DNA of 64,000 nucleotides from a virus: IMG/VR virus record IMGVR_UViG_3300047323_000675; one strand, 5' to 3'. Shown piece by piece: positions 52,079 to 61,911 of this stretch (position 1 is its first letter; each line of letters starts with the position of its first letter). The notes under the pieces were generated by a model. It saw only the letters and a program-made list of their open reading frames with translations, ran no database searches and was not told where the DNA came from. The position numbers and the translations under genes were made by a program.

Positions 52079-52923
52079 AGGATTTATCTCCAATATATAA
52101 TGAGGAAAAGCTAGTCCATTATGCAAATTTAAAAACTTTATCCCAAGAAGATTTATCAAAAGAATTAGAAAAAGCTTGTGATAAAAATGATGCGGAAAAG
52201 GTTAAATATCTTTTAGAATCTAAGGAGTTATATATAAGACCAAATATCAATGGTGCAGAATCTACAAAAGAATACGATGAGCATCCGATAATTAAAATAT
52301 GCACTATTGGTAATTTAGAGTTATTAGATTATATTTTAACCCTACCAAGTTTAAAGGTTAAGTTTAAAAATTTAGAAGATCAATTAAGTAGAGGATTGGT
52401 AAGAGCATGTGAAAAAAATCATCTAGAATTAATTAAATATATCTTAACTTCGCCAAGAATCGAGACACATGCGAATATTAACTATAGAGATGATGAAGCA
52501 TTATCTTGGGCATGCACCTATGGTAATTTGGAGGTAGTAAAATATTTATTAACTTCACCTGAATTAAAAAAACATGCAGATATTAATTGTAGAAATGGTG
52601 AGCCTATATTTGAGGCTTGTTGGCATAATCATATGCATGTAGTAAGTTATTTACTAACTTCCCCGGAATTACAAGAACATGCTGATGTTCATATAAATAC
52701 TGATTTTGTCACAATCTCAGCAATAACAGGTGAAAATTTAGAATTAATAAAATTTTTAATTTTTGATGTGAAAATAAAACAAACTGAAAATATAAAAAGT
52801 GTTTTAGAAAAAGTGAAAAACCAAACTATAATAGATTGGTTTAAATTAAGAGATTTGAATAATAGCCTTGAAAATGAATTAGATAAGAAAGAAGAAAATA
52901 TTATAAGGAAAATAAAATTATGA
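52075..52923 (+). CDS. Ankyrin-like repeat protein with shared tag
   Basis: Array architecture; ends IRKIKL. Confidence 0.88.
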   Translation: MKDLSPIYNEEKLVHYANLKTLSQEDLSKELEKACDKNDAEKVKYLLESKELYIRPNINGAESTKEYDEHPIIKICTIGNLELLDYILTLPSLKVKFKNLEDQLSRGLVRACEKNHLELIKYILTSPRIETHANINYRDDEALSWACTYGNLEVVKYLLTSPELKKHADINCRNGEPIFEACWHNHMHVVSYLLTSPELQEHADVHINTDFVTISAITGENLELIKFLIFDVKIKQTENIKSVLEKVKNQTIIDWFKLRDLNNSLENELDKKEENIIRKIKL

Positions 52924-53807
52924 ATGATTTATATGAAAAGTATAAAAAAATCGATCCAAAAAATTTAGCTAATGTTCTTCTTCAAAAATGTATTGAAGGT
53001 TGTTTAGATGAGATCCGTTATGTATTAACTTCTAAAGAATTTGGAAAAAATTTAATCATAAATGATAATTTACTTCATATTGCATGCAAAAATGGACATT
53101 TAGATATAGTTAAATTTTTATTATTATCTTCAGAATTGGAAAAACCATTGAGAGTACAAAGTTCTTTTAATACACCATTAATTGAAGCTGCAAAGAATGG
53201 ACATTTAGACATAGTTAAATTTTTATTAACCTCAAATGATTTAAAAGAACATGCTGATATTCATGCTCAAGAAGATCAAGCCTTAATATGGTCTATTACG
53301 AATAAACATTCTGAAGTAGCTAAATATCTTTTAATTTCACCTGATTTAAAAGAACATGCAAATATCCATGCAAAAGATGGTATGCCATTTGTAATGGCAG
53401 CAAGCACAGGTAACTTAGAATTGGTTAAATTTTTATTAACATCTCCACTTTTAAAAGAACATAGTAATATTGATGCCTTAGATAACCGTGCAATAGTTTG
53501 GACAGTTACAAACGATCATATGGCTGTTACTAAATATCTTTTAACATCACCTGAACTTAAAAAGCATGCGAATATTCATGCACAAGAAGATTCGGCTTTT
53601 GAAGGTGCTTTAAGAAAAAATAACTTAGAGATGATTAAATACTTAATTTTTGATATAGGTATTCAAAGGAATGAATATATAAATCAATATTTTCAATATC
53701 ATCCAAATGCAGAAGTGGAAAACTGGTTTAATTTATGTGAATTGAATAAAGAATTAAGAAATAATTTAGAAACAAATAATCCTAATATAAAGAAATCTAA
53801 AATATGA
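52920..53807 (+). CDS. Ankyrin-like repeat protein with shared tag
   Basis: Regular 35-aa (105-bp) units; ends IKKSKI. Confidence 0.88.
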   Translation: MNDLYEKYKKIDPKNLANVLLQKCIEGCLDEIRYVLTSKEFGKNLIINDNLLHIACKNGHLDIVKFLLLSSELEKPLRVQSSFNTPLIEAAKNGHLDIVKFLLTSNDLKEHADIHAQEDQALIWSITNKHSEVAKYLLISPDLKEHANIHAKDGMPFVMAASTGNLELVKFLLTSPLLKEHSNIDALDNRAIVWTVTNDHMAVTKYLLTSPELKKHANIHAQEDSAFEGALRKNNLEMIKYLIFDIGIQRNEYINQYFQYHPNAEVENWFNLCELNKELRNNLETNNPNIKKSKI

Positions 53808-54625
53808 AAAAAAGTTATTTTGATAAATTTAATGATTTATCACAAGAAGAACTGAATAAAGAATTAGAGTCAGCTTGTAAAAAAAATGATTTAGATGCTA
53901 TTAAGTATCTTTTAACATCACCTGAACTTAAAATTCATGCTGATATACATTCAGGTCGTAATGCTGTTTTTAGAATAGCTTGTGTATATGGTCATCTTGA
54001 TATCGTGAGATATCTATTAACTGATAAAAATTTAAAAGAAAAAATTGATATTCATATAGATGATGATATAGGTTTAGCTTTAGCTGCTTCTTACGGTGAA
54101 TTAAAAATAGTTAAATATTTATTAACTTCACCAGAATTAAAAGAGCATGCGAATATACAAGCAGATGATAATAAGGTCTTGAAAGCTGCCTGTATATTTG
54201 GTGATGTAGGATTGGTAAAATATTTATTATCTTCTCCTGAACTAAAGCAACATGCAGATGTTACTGTAGAAAATAATTTTTGTTTCATTGAATCACTTTC
54301 ATTAGGTCATATAGATTTAGCTAAATATTTATTAACTTTTGATGAAATTCGAAACCACCCAAATTTTGATAAACATAAAGAAAAGGTTTTTCAAAAAGCT
54401 TTAGCTAACATAGAAAATTCTGAAGAGATTAATGGACGGATGTTAGCAATTAAATTTTTAATTTTTGACTTAAATATAGAAAAAAATCAACAGATTGAAA
54501 ATTATTTGTCTGATTTAAATTTTAAACAAATAGAAGATTGGTTTTCTTTAAGAGAATTAAATAAATCATTGGAAAATGAGTTACCTGTAAGTAAGCATGC
54601 AGCAAATACAAGACTTAAAGTTTGA
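53804..54625 (+). CDS. Ankyrin-like repeat protein with shared tag
   Basis: Array architecture; ends NTRLKV. Confidence 0.88.
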   Translation: MKKSYFDKFNDLSQEELNKELESACKKNDLDAIKYLLTSPELKIHADIHSGRNAVFRIACVYGHLDIVRYLLTDKNLKEKIDIHIDDDIGLALAASYGELKIVKYLLTSPELKEHANIQADDNKVLKAACIFGDVGLVKYLLSSPELKQHADVTVENNFCFIESLSLGHIDLAKYLLTFDEIRNHPNFDKHKEKVFQKALANIENSEEINGRMLAIKFLIFDLNIEKNQQIENYLSDLNFKQIEDWFSLRELNKSLENELPVSKHAANTRLKV

Positions 54626-54773
54626 TTCTTTCTTTCAAGAAAATTTCCTTTAAGAATCAAAAACATATAGCTAACCTATATGAAGCACGATTGAAAAAAA
54701 GTAGTTGCATTTTTCTATAAAGGTATTGTATAGTTCACCTACTGGTTAACTACTGATGCCTACAGGAGCTATC

Positions 54774-55229
54774 ATGAAGATCATGATGTTTGAGGGGACA
54801 CCTCAAGAGTTAAAGGAAATTAAGCATTTTGGTTTTTTTGATTCAAACCCACATACTGACCTTCCACAAAAAGGAGAGGATATTGGAGTTAAGACAGTTA
54901 ACAGTAGTGAGGAAGAACTTACTAAAGAAGCTGTTATTAGTGCATTGGTGCGTCATGGTGGGCTAACCTCTAACCAGAAAGCAATTGTTAAAGCTATTTA
55001 TGAGCACGGTAAAGAAGGTATTGCATCTAGTGAGATTTCAAAAATTACTGGATTTATACCAAGCACTATAAAGGCAACAATGAGAACAATAGGTAAGCGT
55101 GTTGCTCATACCAAAAATTGGCCAGATGGAGTTAAGGCATTTGATCAATATTGGACTGGTTCACAGAATATTTACAAATTGCACTCGATTATGAGAGAAG
55201 TTTTTGATGTTGGTGCAATTAAGCTGTAA
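54774..55229 (+). CDS. Hypothetical protein with possible C-terminal winged helix-turn-helix
   Basis: AGGAG Shine-Dalgarno before ATG 54774; LTSNQKAIVKAIYEHGKEGIASSEISKITGFIPSTIKATM fits a wHTH pattern; visibly GC-richer than the flanks. Confidence 0.6.
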   Translation: MKIMMFEGTPQELKEIKHFGFFDSNPHTDLPQKGEDIGVKTVNSSEEELTKEAVISALVRHGGLTSNQKAIVKAIYEHGKEGIASSEISKITGFIPSTIKATMRTIGKRVAHTKNWPDGVKAFDQYWTGSQNIYKLHSIMREVFDVGAIKL

Positions 55230-55258
55230 TTAAGATAACCTGGAGCCTTTGGCTTCTT

Positions 55259-55301
55259 AGAGGTGGCTCGCTGGCCTTATGGTCGCGCCACCTCTTTTTT
55301 T
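55259..55301 (+). terminator. Long GC-rich hairpin with T-run (terminator or attenuator)
   Basis: AGAGGTGGC...GCCACCTCT stem enclosing an inner imperfect stem, followed by a T-run, between the two insert genes. Confidence 0.7.
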
Positions 55302-55312
55302 ATTCCTAGGAG

Positions 55313-55753
55313 ATGTTTATGAAAGAATTGGAAGAAATTGAAGAAATTGCTAAAGGTATGCGTGAGATTCTTGAGCGTATTTTGTTAGATAGCATAAAAA
55401 CTACAGAGACAAGTGGGGTTTGTCTATATGGGGCAATTCTCCTATCTAATGCTATTAATCAATTTGCTGAAGCAAAAGCAATAGTGTGCGGTGGTGGACC
55501 AGAAGAAAATTGTGGAATTATTGATAAAAATGGTGATAAAAAAGGTCATTATTGGGTCGAAGGAACGACTAATAATGGTGTGCATTTTATTGCCGATATA
55601 ACTTCAGATCAATTTGAGTACCCTAAAGTTGTAGTTCTTAATGAAGATCAGGGTGGCAATAGATATTTCCCAGGTCATCATGAAACAATTCAGCAACATG
55701 TTAAACAGGAAATTAAATCATGTATGCAAAGTGGAAAAAAATACAATCGTTAA
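55313..55753 (+). CDS. Hypothetical protein with a putative Cys-His-Asp (transglutaminase/papain-like) triad
   Basis: SGVCLYGA...KGHYWVEG...IADITSDQF; AGGAGA Shine-Dalgarno (start may be ATG 55319); GC-richer than the flanks. Confidence 0.55.
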   Translation: MFMKELEEIEEIAKGMREILERILLDSIKTTETSGVCLYGAILLSNAINQFAEAKAIVCGGGPEENCGIIDKNGDKKGHYWVEGTTNNGVHFIADITSDQFEYPKVVVLNEDQGGNRYFPGHHETIQQHVKQEIKSCMQSGKKYNR

Positions 55754-55807
55754 TTTGGTTTTTGGTTTAGAATAGTTTAAAATAAGAAAATAACTTATTT
55801 TATAAAT

Positions 55808-56506
55808 ATGAAATCAATAGATGCTGGAATTTTTTTTGATCAGATGATAGATGACTTAAATAATGGAAATTTAAGTAGAAAATCTGAAATGGTAGAATTT
55901 TTTAAAAAATATAATACTAATCCTAATCCAACAAAAACCAACATCATGCAAACTTGGTTAAACTATGTTTTAACCGATGCTTGTAAGAATGGCCACTTAA
56001 ATGTTGTAGATTTCGTATTGACTTCAGAAGAATTGCCCCTTCGTGCTGAGATTAACTTTAATAAAGATTTAGCATTATTTAATGCATGTGAGAATAATCA
56101 TTTAGATATTGTTAAATTTCTTTTAACCTCAACAAAATTACAAGAACATGGAAATATTCATGCACGAAACCAATCAATATTGACTTATCCATGCAAGAAT
56201 GGATGTTTGGAAATTATTAAATACCTTACATCCTCACCTGATTTAAAAGAACATGCGGATATTCATGCCAATAATGATGAGCCATTTATGAACTTAGCAT
56301 ATAATAATCATTTGGAAGTAATTAAATACTTCATTTTTGATTTAAAAATGCAAAAAACCTCTAATATTATTCATATTGCATCTCAAGTTTATCATATTGA
56401 TTTAGAAGAACAACTTGATCAGTGGGTTAAAGTAAGAGATTTCAAAGAACTCGTACAAGATTTGCCAACCAATGAAAGTAAGACTAGCAATAAATTAAAA
56501 GTTTAA
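55808..56506 (+). CDS. Ankyrin-like repeat protein with shared tag
   Basis: Array architecture; ends SNKLKV. Confidence 0.88.
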   Translation: MKSIDAGIFFDQMIDDLNNGNLSRKSEMVEFFKKYNTNPNPTKTNIMQTWLNYVLTDACKNGHLNVVDFVLTSEELPLRAEINFNKDLALFNACENNHLDIVKFLLTSTKLQEHGNIHARNQSILTYPCKNGCLEIIKYLTSSPDLKEHADIHANNDEPFMNLAYNNHLEVIKYFIFDLKMQKTSNIIHIASQVYHIDLEEQLDQWVKVRDFKELVQDLPTNESKTSNKLKV

Positions 56507-56553
56507 AATTTTTAACTTTACTTTTTTCCTATTTCTAATATGATAGCTCCAAT

Positions 56554-57639
56554 TTGGAGAGTATTTTGGATTTATCAAAACCATTAATTATCAATACAGA
56601 GCTTTTTTTGCAATGTCATGGGCATTGTTCAGGATGTTTTTTAACTGAAATAGAAAGAATGGAAGAAAATACTCATTTAAACAAAATTCGCAAACCAATA
56701 TTAGATTTATTAAGTAAAGAAGATAATTATACTCATGTCATATTAGGTTTTGGTAGAGGTAATTTACTTAATTTAGCTGAGAAAAGCCTCAATGATTTAT
56801 TAAGCCTAATGCAAGATTGTGAATCATTAGTTTCTAAAGATAAAATAACATATGAGGTTTCCTCATCTTTAATTGGTAAGATTGATAGTCAAATAGAAAA
56901 AGCTGCTTTCCTACTTAATAAAAATAAAAATATTTACTTCAATGTTGTTATTAATTCTGAGATTACTTCAAATAATTTTTGGACTAATTGGGAAAAATTT
57001 TATGATGCGAATTCCAATATAAGAAAATCATGGGGAATGTCTGATAACTTTTCAGATATTTTGGTTTTAAACATAAATCCTCAAATATTACCTGATTTAA
57101 ACTTTATAGAAAAATATGTAGCTCATCATGGTTCGCCATTCAATATTAGCTTATTTCCATTTAGTAGTAATGAAATTTCTAATGATGACTTATTGGCTTT
57201 AAACAATTGGTCAATTAAATTGTGGAATAAGTTTAAGCATAAAGACTTAAATATTAAAAATTATTTAGAATCATTAAATAAAGTAGATATTGGAAGTGAT
57301 TTAGTAGATATTATAAGTTATCATGAAAGTAATAAAAATGCTTATTATTTTGTAGATAAAAATGGGGAAGTTACACCAGGCTCGTTATCTATAATGGGTG
57401 AAGTAGATTATGTGAGATTAGTAAATAAATTTAGCACAAATCCAGATCCAAAAAATGCTTTAATGCTTATGCAAAAAACAAAGCCTTGCAATATGTGTGA
57501 ATACCAAAAGGAATGCTTATTAAGTGGTGCTTATTTAAATATGGTAAACAATTCAAAAAAAATAAAAACTGCAAAACATTGTTTGAGTGGTTATGCACCA
57601 ATTTTTGAATTGTCAGCTAATTCACATATTTCTTCATAA
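56554..57639 (+). CDS. Divergent radical-SAM-like Fe-S protein (rSAM-3)
   Basis: N-terminal CHGHCSGC; C-terminal CNMCEYQKEC...HC; no GGEP motif; TTG start uncertain. Confidence 0.65.
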   Translation: MESILDLSKPLIINTELFLQCHGHCSGCFLTEIERMEENTHLNKIRKPILDLLSKEDNYTHVILGFGRGNLLNLAEKSLNDLLSLMQDCESLVSKDKITYEVSSSLIGKIDSQIEKAAFLLNKNKNIYFNVVINSEITSNNFWTNWEKFYDANSNIRKSWGMSDNFSDILVLNINPQILPDLNFIEKYVAHHGSPFNISLFPFSSNEISNDDLLALNNWSIKLWNKFKHKDLNIKNYLESLNKVDIGSDLVDIISYHESNKNAYYFVDKNGEVTPGSLSIMGEVDYVRLVNKFSTNPDPKNALMLMQKTKPCNMCEYQKECLLSGAYLNMVNNSKKIKTAKHCLSGYAPIFELSANSHISS

Positions 57640-58826
57640 TGCTTAAAAAGCTGTTTAGCAACATGAAGACATTCTAGCTCCTTAATATTCTTTTTAATTG
57701 CTAATGCAATATTAATATCTTTTTTAGCTGCTTGATTAAGAACATAATTATAGATGTGAAAACCACTATTTGCACAATATTTATTATATTCACAACTATT
57801 GCATGGTTCTTTAATAAATTGTTTAGTAACATTTTTCTTAGTTTCTACCAAATGTTTAGAAAACATTTCTTTAATACTTAATTGTTCAACTACATTTCCA
57901 ATTGCATCAAAACCTAACCTTGGAGTATGTGCTATATCGCCAATTGCTTCATATTTTGGAAATATGTTTCCTTTATCATCAATTTGAATACTTTTATGAA
58001 CTAACTCTGGCAAATTATATTCAAGATTTTCTTGGAAAGATAATTCTTGTTCAGGCATTTTGCATTTTAAATTATTAATAGTTTTGATAATAACTGGTCT
58101 ATAACTAGTATCTAAATTTTTACTTTCTGCAATTAACTCATCAAATTTTAAAAGCCATGAAGCCAATTTTTTTTGATTCATATAAACATATTGAAGATTA
58201 TCAAATGTAGGAGTCCAATTAATTGTTACTTCATCAAATTCATTTTGTAATGCAAAACTAAATAATTCGTCAGGAGTAATTGCATTAATTGCTTCTTCAC
58301 TTAAATTAATTGCTAAGTCGACTTTACCTATTAATTTATTAGTTTCAATTATATTTTTTTTATAAACTTCCGCAAATTTTTTATGATATAAATGTTTAGG
58401 ATCTAATACTGCAATAATATAAAAAGGTATGCCTCTTTTTTGACTCAAATCATACATAAATTTAACTTTATCCATGATTACTTCATGTTTGCCAATCATA
58501 CTTGCACTATAGAATATTCCATTATACGGATTAGAAAGATTTGCGGACTCTATTAGGCTTGCACCTAAATCATAGGTATTTGCTAAATAATCTTTAGACA
58601 TTAAGAAATGATCAGCAATACCATAAGTTAAATTAATTTTTTCTAAATTCTTTAGTGTTGGAATATATTCTTTAAGTTTATTAATAGCATGAATCATTGT
58701 TGTTGGTGCCATGTCTGCATTATCAGATTTCCTTTCTAAAGAAGAAAGTGTGCAGCCTGGGCAATGACCAGGACACCCATAAACATCATCTATTTCTATT
58801 TGAATTTCATTGCTATATTGAGACAT
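57591..58826 (-). CDS. Divergent radical-SAM-like Fe-S protein (rSAM-4)
   Basis: CPGHCPGC; C-terminal GNV...CNSCEYNKYC...EC; start at ATG 58826 (GGAG Shine-Dalgarno, 1 bp after the upstream stop). Confidence 0.7.
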   Translation of the reverse strand: MSQYSNEIQIEIDDVYGCPGHCPGCTLSSLERKSDNADMAPTTMIHAINKLKEYIPTLKNLEKINLTYGIADHFLMSKDYLANTYDLGASLIESANLSNPYNGIFYSASMIGKHEVIMDKVKFMYDLSQKRGIPFYIIAVLDPKHLYHKKFAEVYKKNIIETNKLIGKVDLAINLSEEAINAITPDELFSFALQNEFDEVTINWTPTFDNLQYVYMNQKKLASWLLKFDELIAESKNLDTSYRPVIIKTINNLKCKMPEQELSFQENLEYNLPELVHKSIQIDDKGNIFPKYEAIGDIAHTPRLGFDAIGNVVEQLSIKEMFSKHLVETKKNVTKQFIKEPCNSCEYNKYCANSGFHIYNYVLNQAAKKDINIALAIKKNIKELECLHVAKQLFKHYEEICELADNSKIGA

Positions 58827-58827
58827 A

Positions 58828-60132
58828 TTAAAACTCCAATCTCTTAAATCCATCAATCATATTTTGTAAAAATACACGATCTTTTTGGAACTCTCTAATA
58901 ACTGGTAAGTAACCATAACAATCTTTTCCATCATCTTCTTGGAATTTTCTAAAAAATGGAATAGCATGAGAAGCACAAAAACTTTTATATTTACATCCAG
59001 CACATTTTTTATGTTTCATTAAATGTAAAATATTTTGATGGAGCATTTTCTCTAATACACCATTAGGGTCTGTAACTATCTCATGAATTGGTGTTTCAAC
59101 GATATTCCCTAGTTTTGGAAAACCAAAGTTATTATCTAGTACATGTTGTCCCATAGATTCAGACCATAAATATAAATCCAAATTATGGTCAATATAAAGA
59201 CTAGTTAAGAAAATATCACGAGTTTTATCTTTAATGATACGGATATCAAAAGGCTCTTCCGGAATTTCATTTTCAATAAAATCAAAGTCTATACTTCCAT
59301 CTGGTCTAATAGCTTGATATTCTTTATATTCATCAAGTAATGTTACTGCGTATTCTGCAATAGGAATTGGATGAATATTAAGCTTATATTGTAAAATCCA
59401 ATGAGCAACTCCAGTTAACCATTGAACTTCTTGGTCAACTGATACAACTTGCTTCATATTAAAGTTTCTAGTCTTTGATGGAGTATAACGACCAAATTGC
59501 ATTTGTGTTTCAATAAATCCTAATGGGGCAACACATTCATCAACAAACTTTTTTGGATCACTAAATTTATCTAGTAATCTTTTTGTAATTAAAACTTCAG
59601 GATATCCAAGAATTCCATGATTACGCATTTCTAAAATCATGTCTTTAAGTTGATAAGGATTATCAACTATAGGGTCATAAATAATTTCTAAAAAAATTCT
59701 ACTACCATTAGGATTATTTTCAGGTTTAGTTAATTCGTAAAATTTTGAAATATCATCAGTTGGTGCTGTTGAGAAAACTTTAAATTCAGCATTCATTGTT
59801 TGGCTTATATCCAATAAGATCTCTAAAGGAAGTTCACTATGATTTCCAAATCTGAAAGTATAGCTAAAATGATTAACTTTAAAACCATTTTTACCAAAAT
59901 ATCCGGTTTCTTTAGTGTTTAAATTTTGCTGAATCCATGCATAATATTCCTGAACTCTAGTGTGAATAAGTTGCATCTGTTCATTAGACAAAATAGGCTG
60001 TAATCTCTTATTTTTGAAATAAGTATCAACTAGGCAGCCAGGACAACCTTTACCGCAACCATCATAACTATGAATTGCTATTTGTAAATCATCCATAACA
60101 CCTAATGTACTATTTGTTCTTTCAAAAATCAT
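58828..60132 (-). CDS. Divergent radical-SAM-like Fe-S protein (rSAM-5)
   Basis: CGKGCPGC; C-terminal LGNI...CAGCKYKSFC...DC; start at ATG 60132 (AGGA Shine-Dalgarno). Confidence 0.7.
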   Translation of the reverse strand: MIFERTNSTLGVMDDLQIAIHSYDGCGKGCPGCLVDTYFKNKRLQPILSNEQMQLIHTRVQEYYAWIQQNLNTKETGYFGKNGFKVNHFSYTFRFGNHSELPLEILLDISQTMNAEFKVFSTAPTDDISKFYELTKPENNPNGSRIFLEIIYDPIVDNPYQLKDMILEMRNHGILGYPEVLITKRLLDKFSDPKKFVDECVAPLGFIETQMQFGRYTPSKTRNFNMKQVVSVDQEVQWLTGVAHWILQYKLNIHPIPIAEYAVTLLDEYKEYQAIRPDGSIDFDFIENEIPEEPFDIRIIKDKTRDIFLTSLYIDHNLDLYLWSESMGQHVLDNNFGFPKLGNIVETPIHEIVTDPNGVLEKMLHQNILHLMKHKKCAGCKYKSFCASHAIPFFRKFQEDDGKDCYGYLPVIREFQKDRVFLQNMIDGFKRLEF

Positions 60133-60196
60133 AAATTTCCTAACTTGTGTTTTTATCAGTTCTTTTATATATTGTTTTAAGAAAAAAAGCAAATTA

Positions 60197-60991
60197 ATGA
60201 TTATGGAAAAAATTATATACAAATGGATTGAAACGCTTATTAATAATGGGGATATACCGTTAGAAATAATTGATGATAACTTTACTATTGAAGATGGTAT
60301 GAATTTAGAACAATATTGGGAGTATGAAAAATCAAATTTTAATCAATATGCAGAGAATTGTAGACTTAAAGAAGGTTTTAATATTTCAATTGTTAATGCT
60401 CAAAAATTAAATGCCAACAAGAATATTGTCTCTTTTTATGTAAAAAATAATTTAGGAAAAATTATTTTCAAAATGAATTTGACAATTTTAAATAATAGTA
60501 AAATTTCATCAAATAATTATTATTCCCATATCGTCCCCAAATTTGTAATTGAAAAAAATAAAATAATAAAATTAGGTTTAGCAATTAAATCACCAAAAGA
60601 AATAGAGAATATAATTTCTAGTGATTTAGAATTAATTAGCTTTGATAAAAGTTCTAGTTTTAACGAAGATGGTTTTTATACTGCTCAATTTGAAATTGAA
60701 GATGAAATACAAAATAAAGTATTCAATTTTTATATAAAAATGGGTGAAATAAAGGAGAAAAGAACTATATTCTTTGATAATTTTGATTTATCTCTTTGTC
60801 CTTATATTCTAGGTGATTGGACAATGATAACTAAAGATGATGCTTATCCAGTTAATCTTGCAGTTTATTACATAAATGGATTGATTAAAAATGTTGCTTA
60901 TCCAATAGCAGAATTAGAAGGATTATATGGAGTTAAAAAGATTATTGTTACTGATTCATTAGATAATGATTGGATAATAAATGTAAAATAA
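60197..60991 (+). CDS. Hypothetical protein, divergent from rSAM-5
   Basis: 264-aa ORF with normal composition, no motif recognised, no tag. Confidence 0.7.
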   Translation: MIMEKIIYKWIETLINNGDIPLEIIDDNFTIEDGMNLEQYWEYEKSNFNQYAENCRLKEGFNISIVNAQKLNANKNIVSFYVKNNLGKIIFKMNLTILNNSKISSNNYYSHIVPKFVIEKNKIIKLGLAIKSPKEIENIISSDLELISFDKSSSFNEDGFYTAQFEIEDEIQNKVFNFYIKMGEIKEKRTIFFDNFDLSLCPYILGDWTMITKDDAYPVNLAVYYINGLIKNVAYPIAELEGLYGVKKIIVTDSLDNDWIINVK

Positions 60992-61062
60992 AAGTTTTAA
61001 TTGATTTCTTCTTTTCTTGAGTTATTTATTTTACATCTTATAATTAAAAGAAAAGGTCAAAT

Positions 61063-61482
61063 ATGGATAAAGATAACTGGATAGAAAATTACGAAAAAAA
61101 TTCGGATATTATTGAAAAATCTTTAAAAGAGAATAAAGATTTTACTTGTTCTGCATTTTTCTCTTTAGGTTTGGCTAGTATAGGAGCAGCCGTTACAATT
61201 TCTTCTAATTCTGAGCCATTATTAGCTAGTGGTATTGCAGCAGTATTAACTGGATTAGTAATGGGTGGTTATTTTTTTATGAGTAAAGAAAAGAATAAAG
61301 AAATAATTGATACTAAGATGATAGTGCTTGAGAAAATTTATAATTTAATGCCAGAAAAAGATAAAGATTTATTAAACCAAAAAATTCAATCAAAACAAAA
61401 AACAATTGAAAAAATCAAGTTATTACGCGAAACAACAATTGTAAGAGAGGATGGAATCACTAATCCTTTTGCCATTAGATAA
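61063..61482 (+). CDS. Small two-transmembrane protein
   Basis: AAGG Shine-Dalgarno; hydrophobic hairpin FFSLGLASIGAAVTI / LLASGIAAVLTGLVMGGYFF; coiled C-terminus. Confidence 0.75.
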   Translation: MDKDNWIENYEKNSDIIEKSLKENKDFTCSAFFSLGLASIGAAVTISSNSEPLLASGIAAVLTGLVMGGYFFMSKEKNKEIIDTKMIVLEKIYNLMPEKDKDLLNQKIQSKQKTIEKIKLLRETTIVREDGITNPFAIR

Positions 61483-61491
61483 AGGAATTAT

Positions 61492-61911
61492 ATGCAAATT
61501 ACTGAATTAGTGAATATGTATGAAACTACTGAAAGTAATACTAGAGAAGCCAATCAAAAATATTCTTTTTATAAACATGCTTGTTTTTTATCTGTTGGAT
61601 TGGCTGTTGGTAGTATCGCAGTATATAATCTTACAAATGGACATTATAATAATATAAATGATGCTAGTATTTTGACATTCATAGCTGGTTCTTTATCCAC
61701 CTTATATCTGAAGATGACTAAAGATATGTATAAAAGCCTACTAGATAGTAGAACAGAGACATTAGCCAAATTATGTCAATTAATGACTCCTGAAGATGTA
61801 GCAACTGTTAAGATAAGAAGATTAGAGATGGAAAACTTAAAAGAAGAAATGAAATTAAGTGATAAAAATTTTTTGAAATCTAATAAGAAATTAAAAAAGA
61901 TTAAGCCATGA
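61492..61911 (+). CDS. Small two-transmembrane protein
   Basis: AAGGA Shine-Dalgarno; same length and topology as 61063; ends KKLKKIKP and is ATGA-coupled to an ankyrin gene. Confidence 0.75.
   Translation: MQITELVNMYETTESNTREANQKYSFYKHACFLSVGLAVGSIAVYNLTNGHYNNINDASILTFIAGSLSTLYLKMTKDMYKSLLDSRTETLAKLCQLMTPEDVATVKIRRLEMENLKEEMKLSDKNFLKSNKKLKKIKP

Larger units (their letters stand above)
33154..56506 (+). repeat. Ankyrin-like paralog array (34 co-oriented genes; 3 more at 29015, 61908 and 62832)
   Basis: All plus strand, mostly ATGA-coupled, with common YFIFD[LY].I cap and tag. Confidence 0.9.

Noticed and set aside
54774..55229. Insert gene ending GAIKL counted as a tagged protein
   Set aside because: It has terminal KL but lacks the acidic Leu helix and basic cluster; treated as coincidence.
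6599..56506. Diversity-generating retroelement as the source of variation
   Set aside because: No reverse transcriptase in the window; shared tracts are exact coding-to-coding copies and not template/variable pairs differing at adenines. An RT elsewhere cannot be excluded.
1859..56506. Integron cassette array
   Set aside because: No attC-like palindromes between genes (most overlap by 4 bp) and no integrase in the window.
58827..60222. Longer N-termini for rSAM-4 (58856) and rSAM-5 (60222), implying gene overlaps
   Set aside because: Downstream ATGs at 58826 and 60132 have Shine-Dalgarno sites and remove the overlaps.
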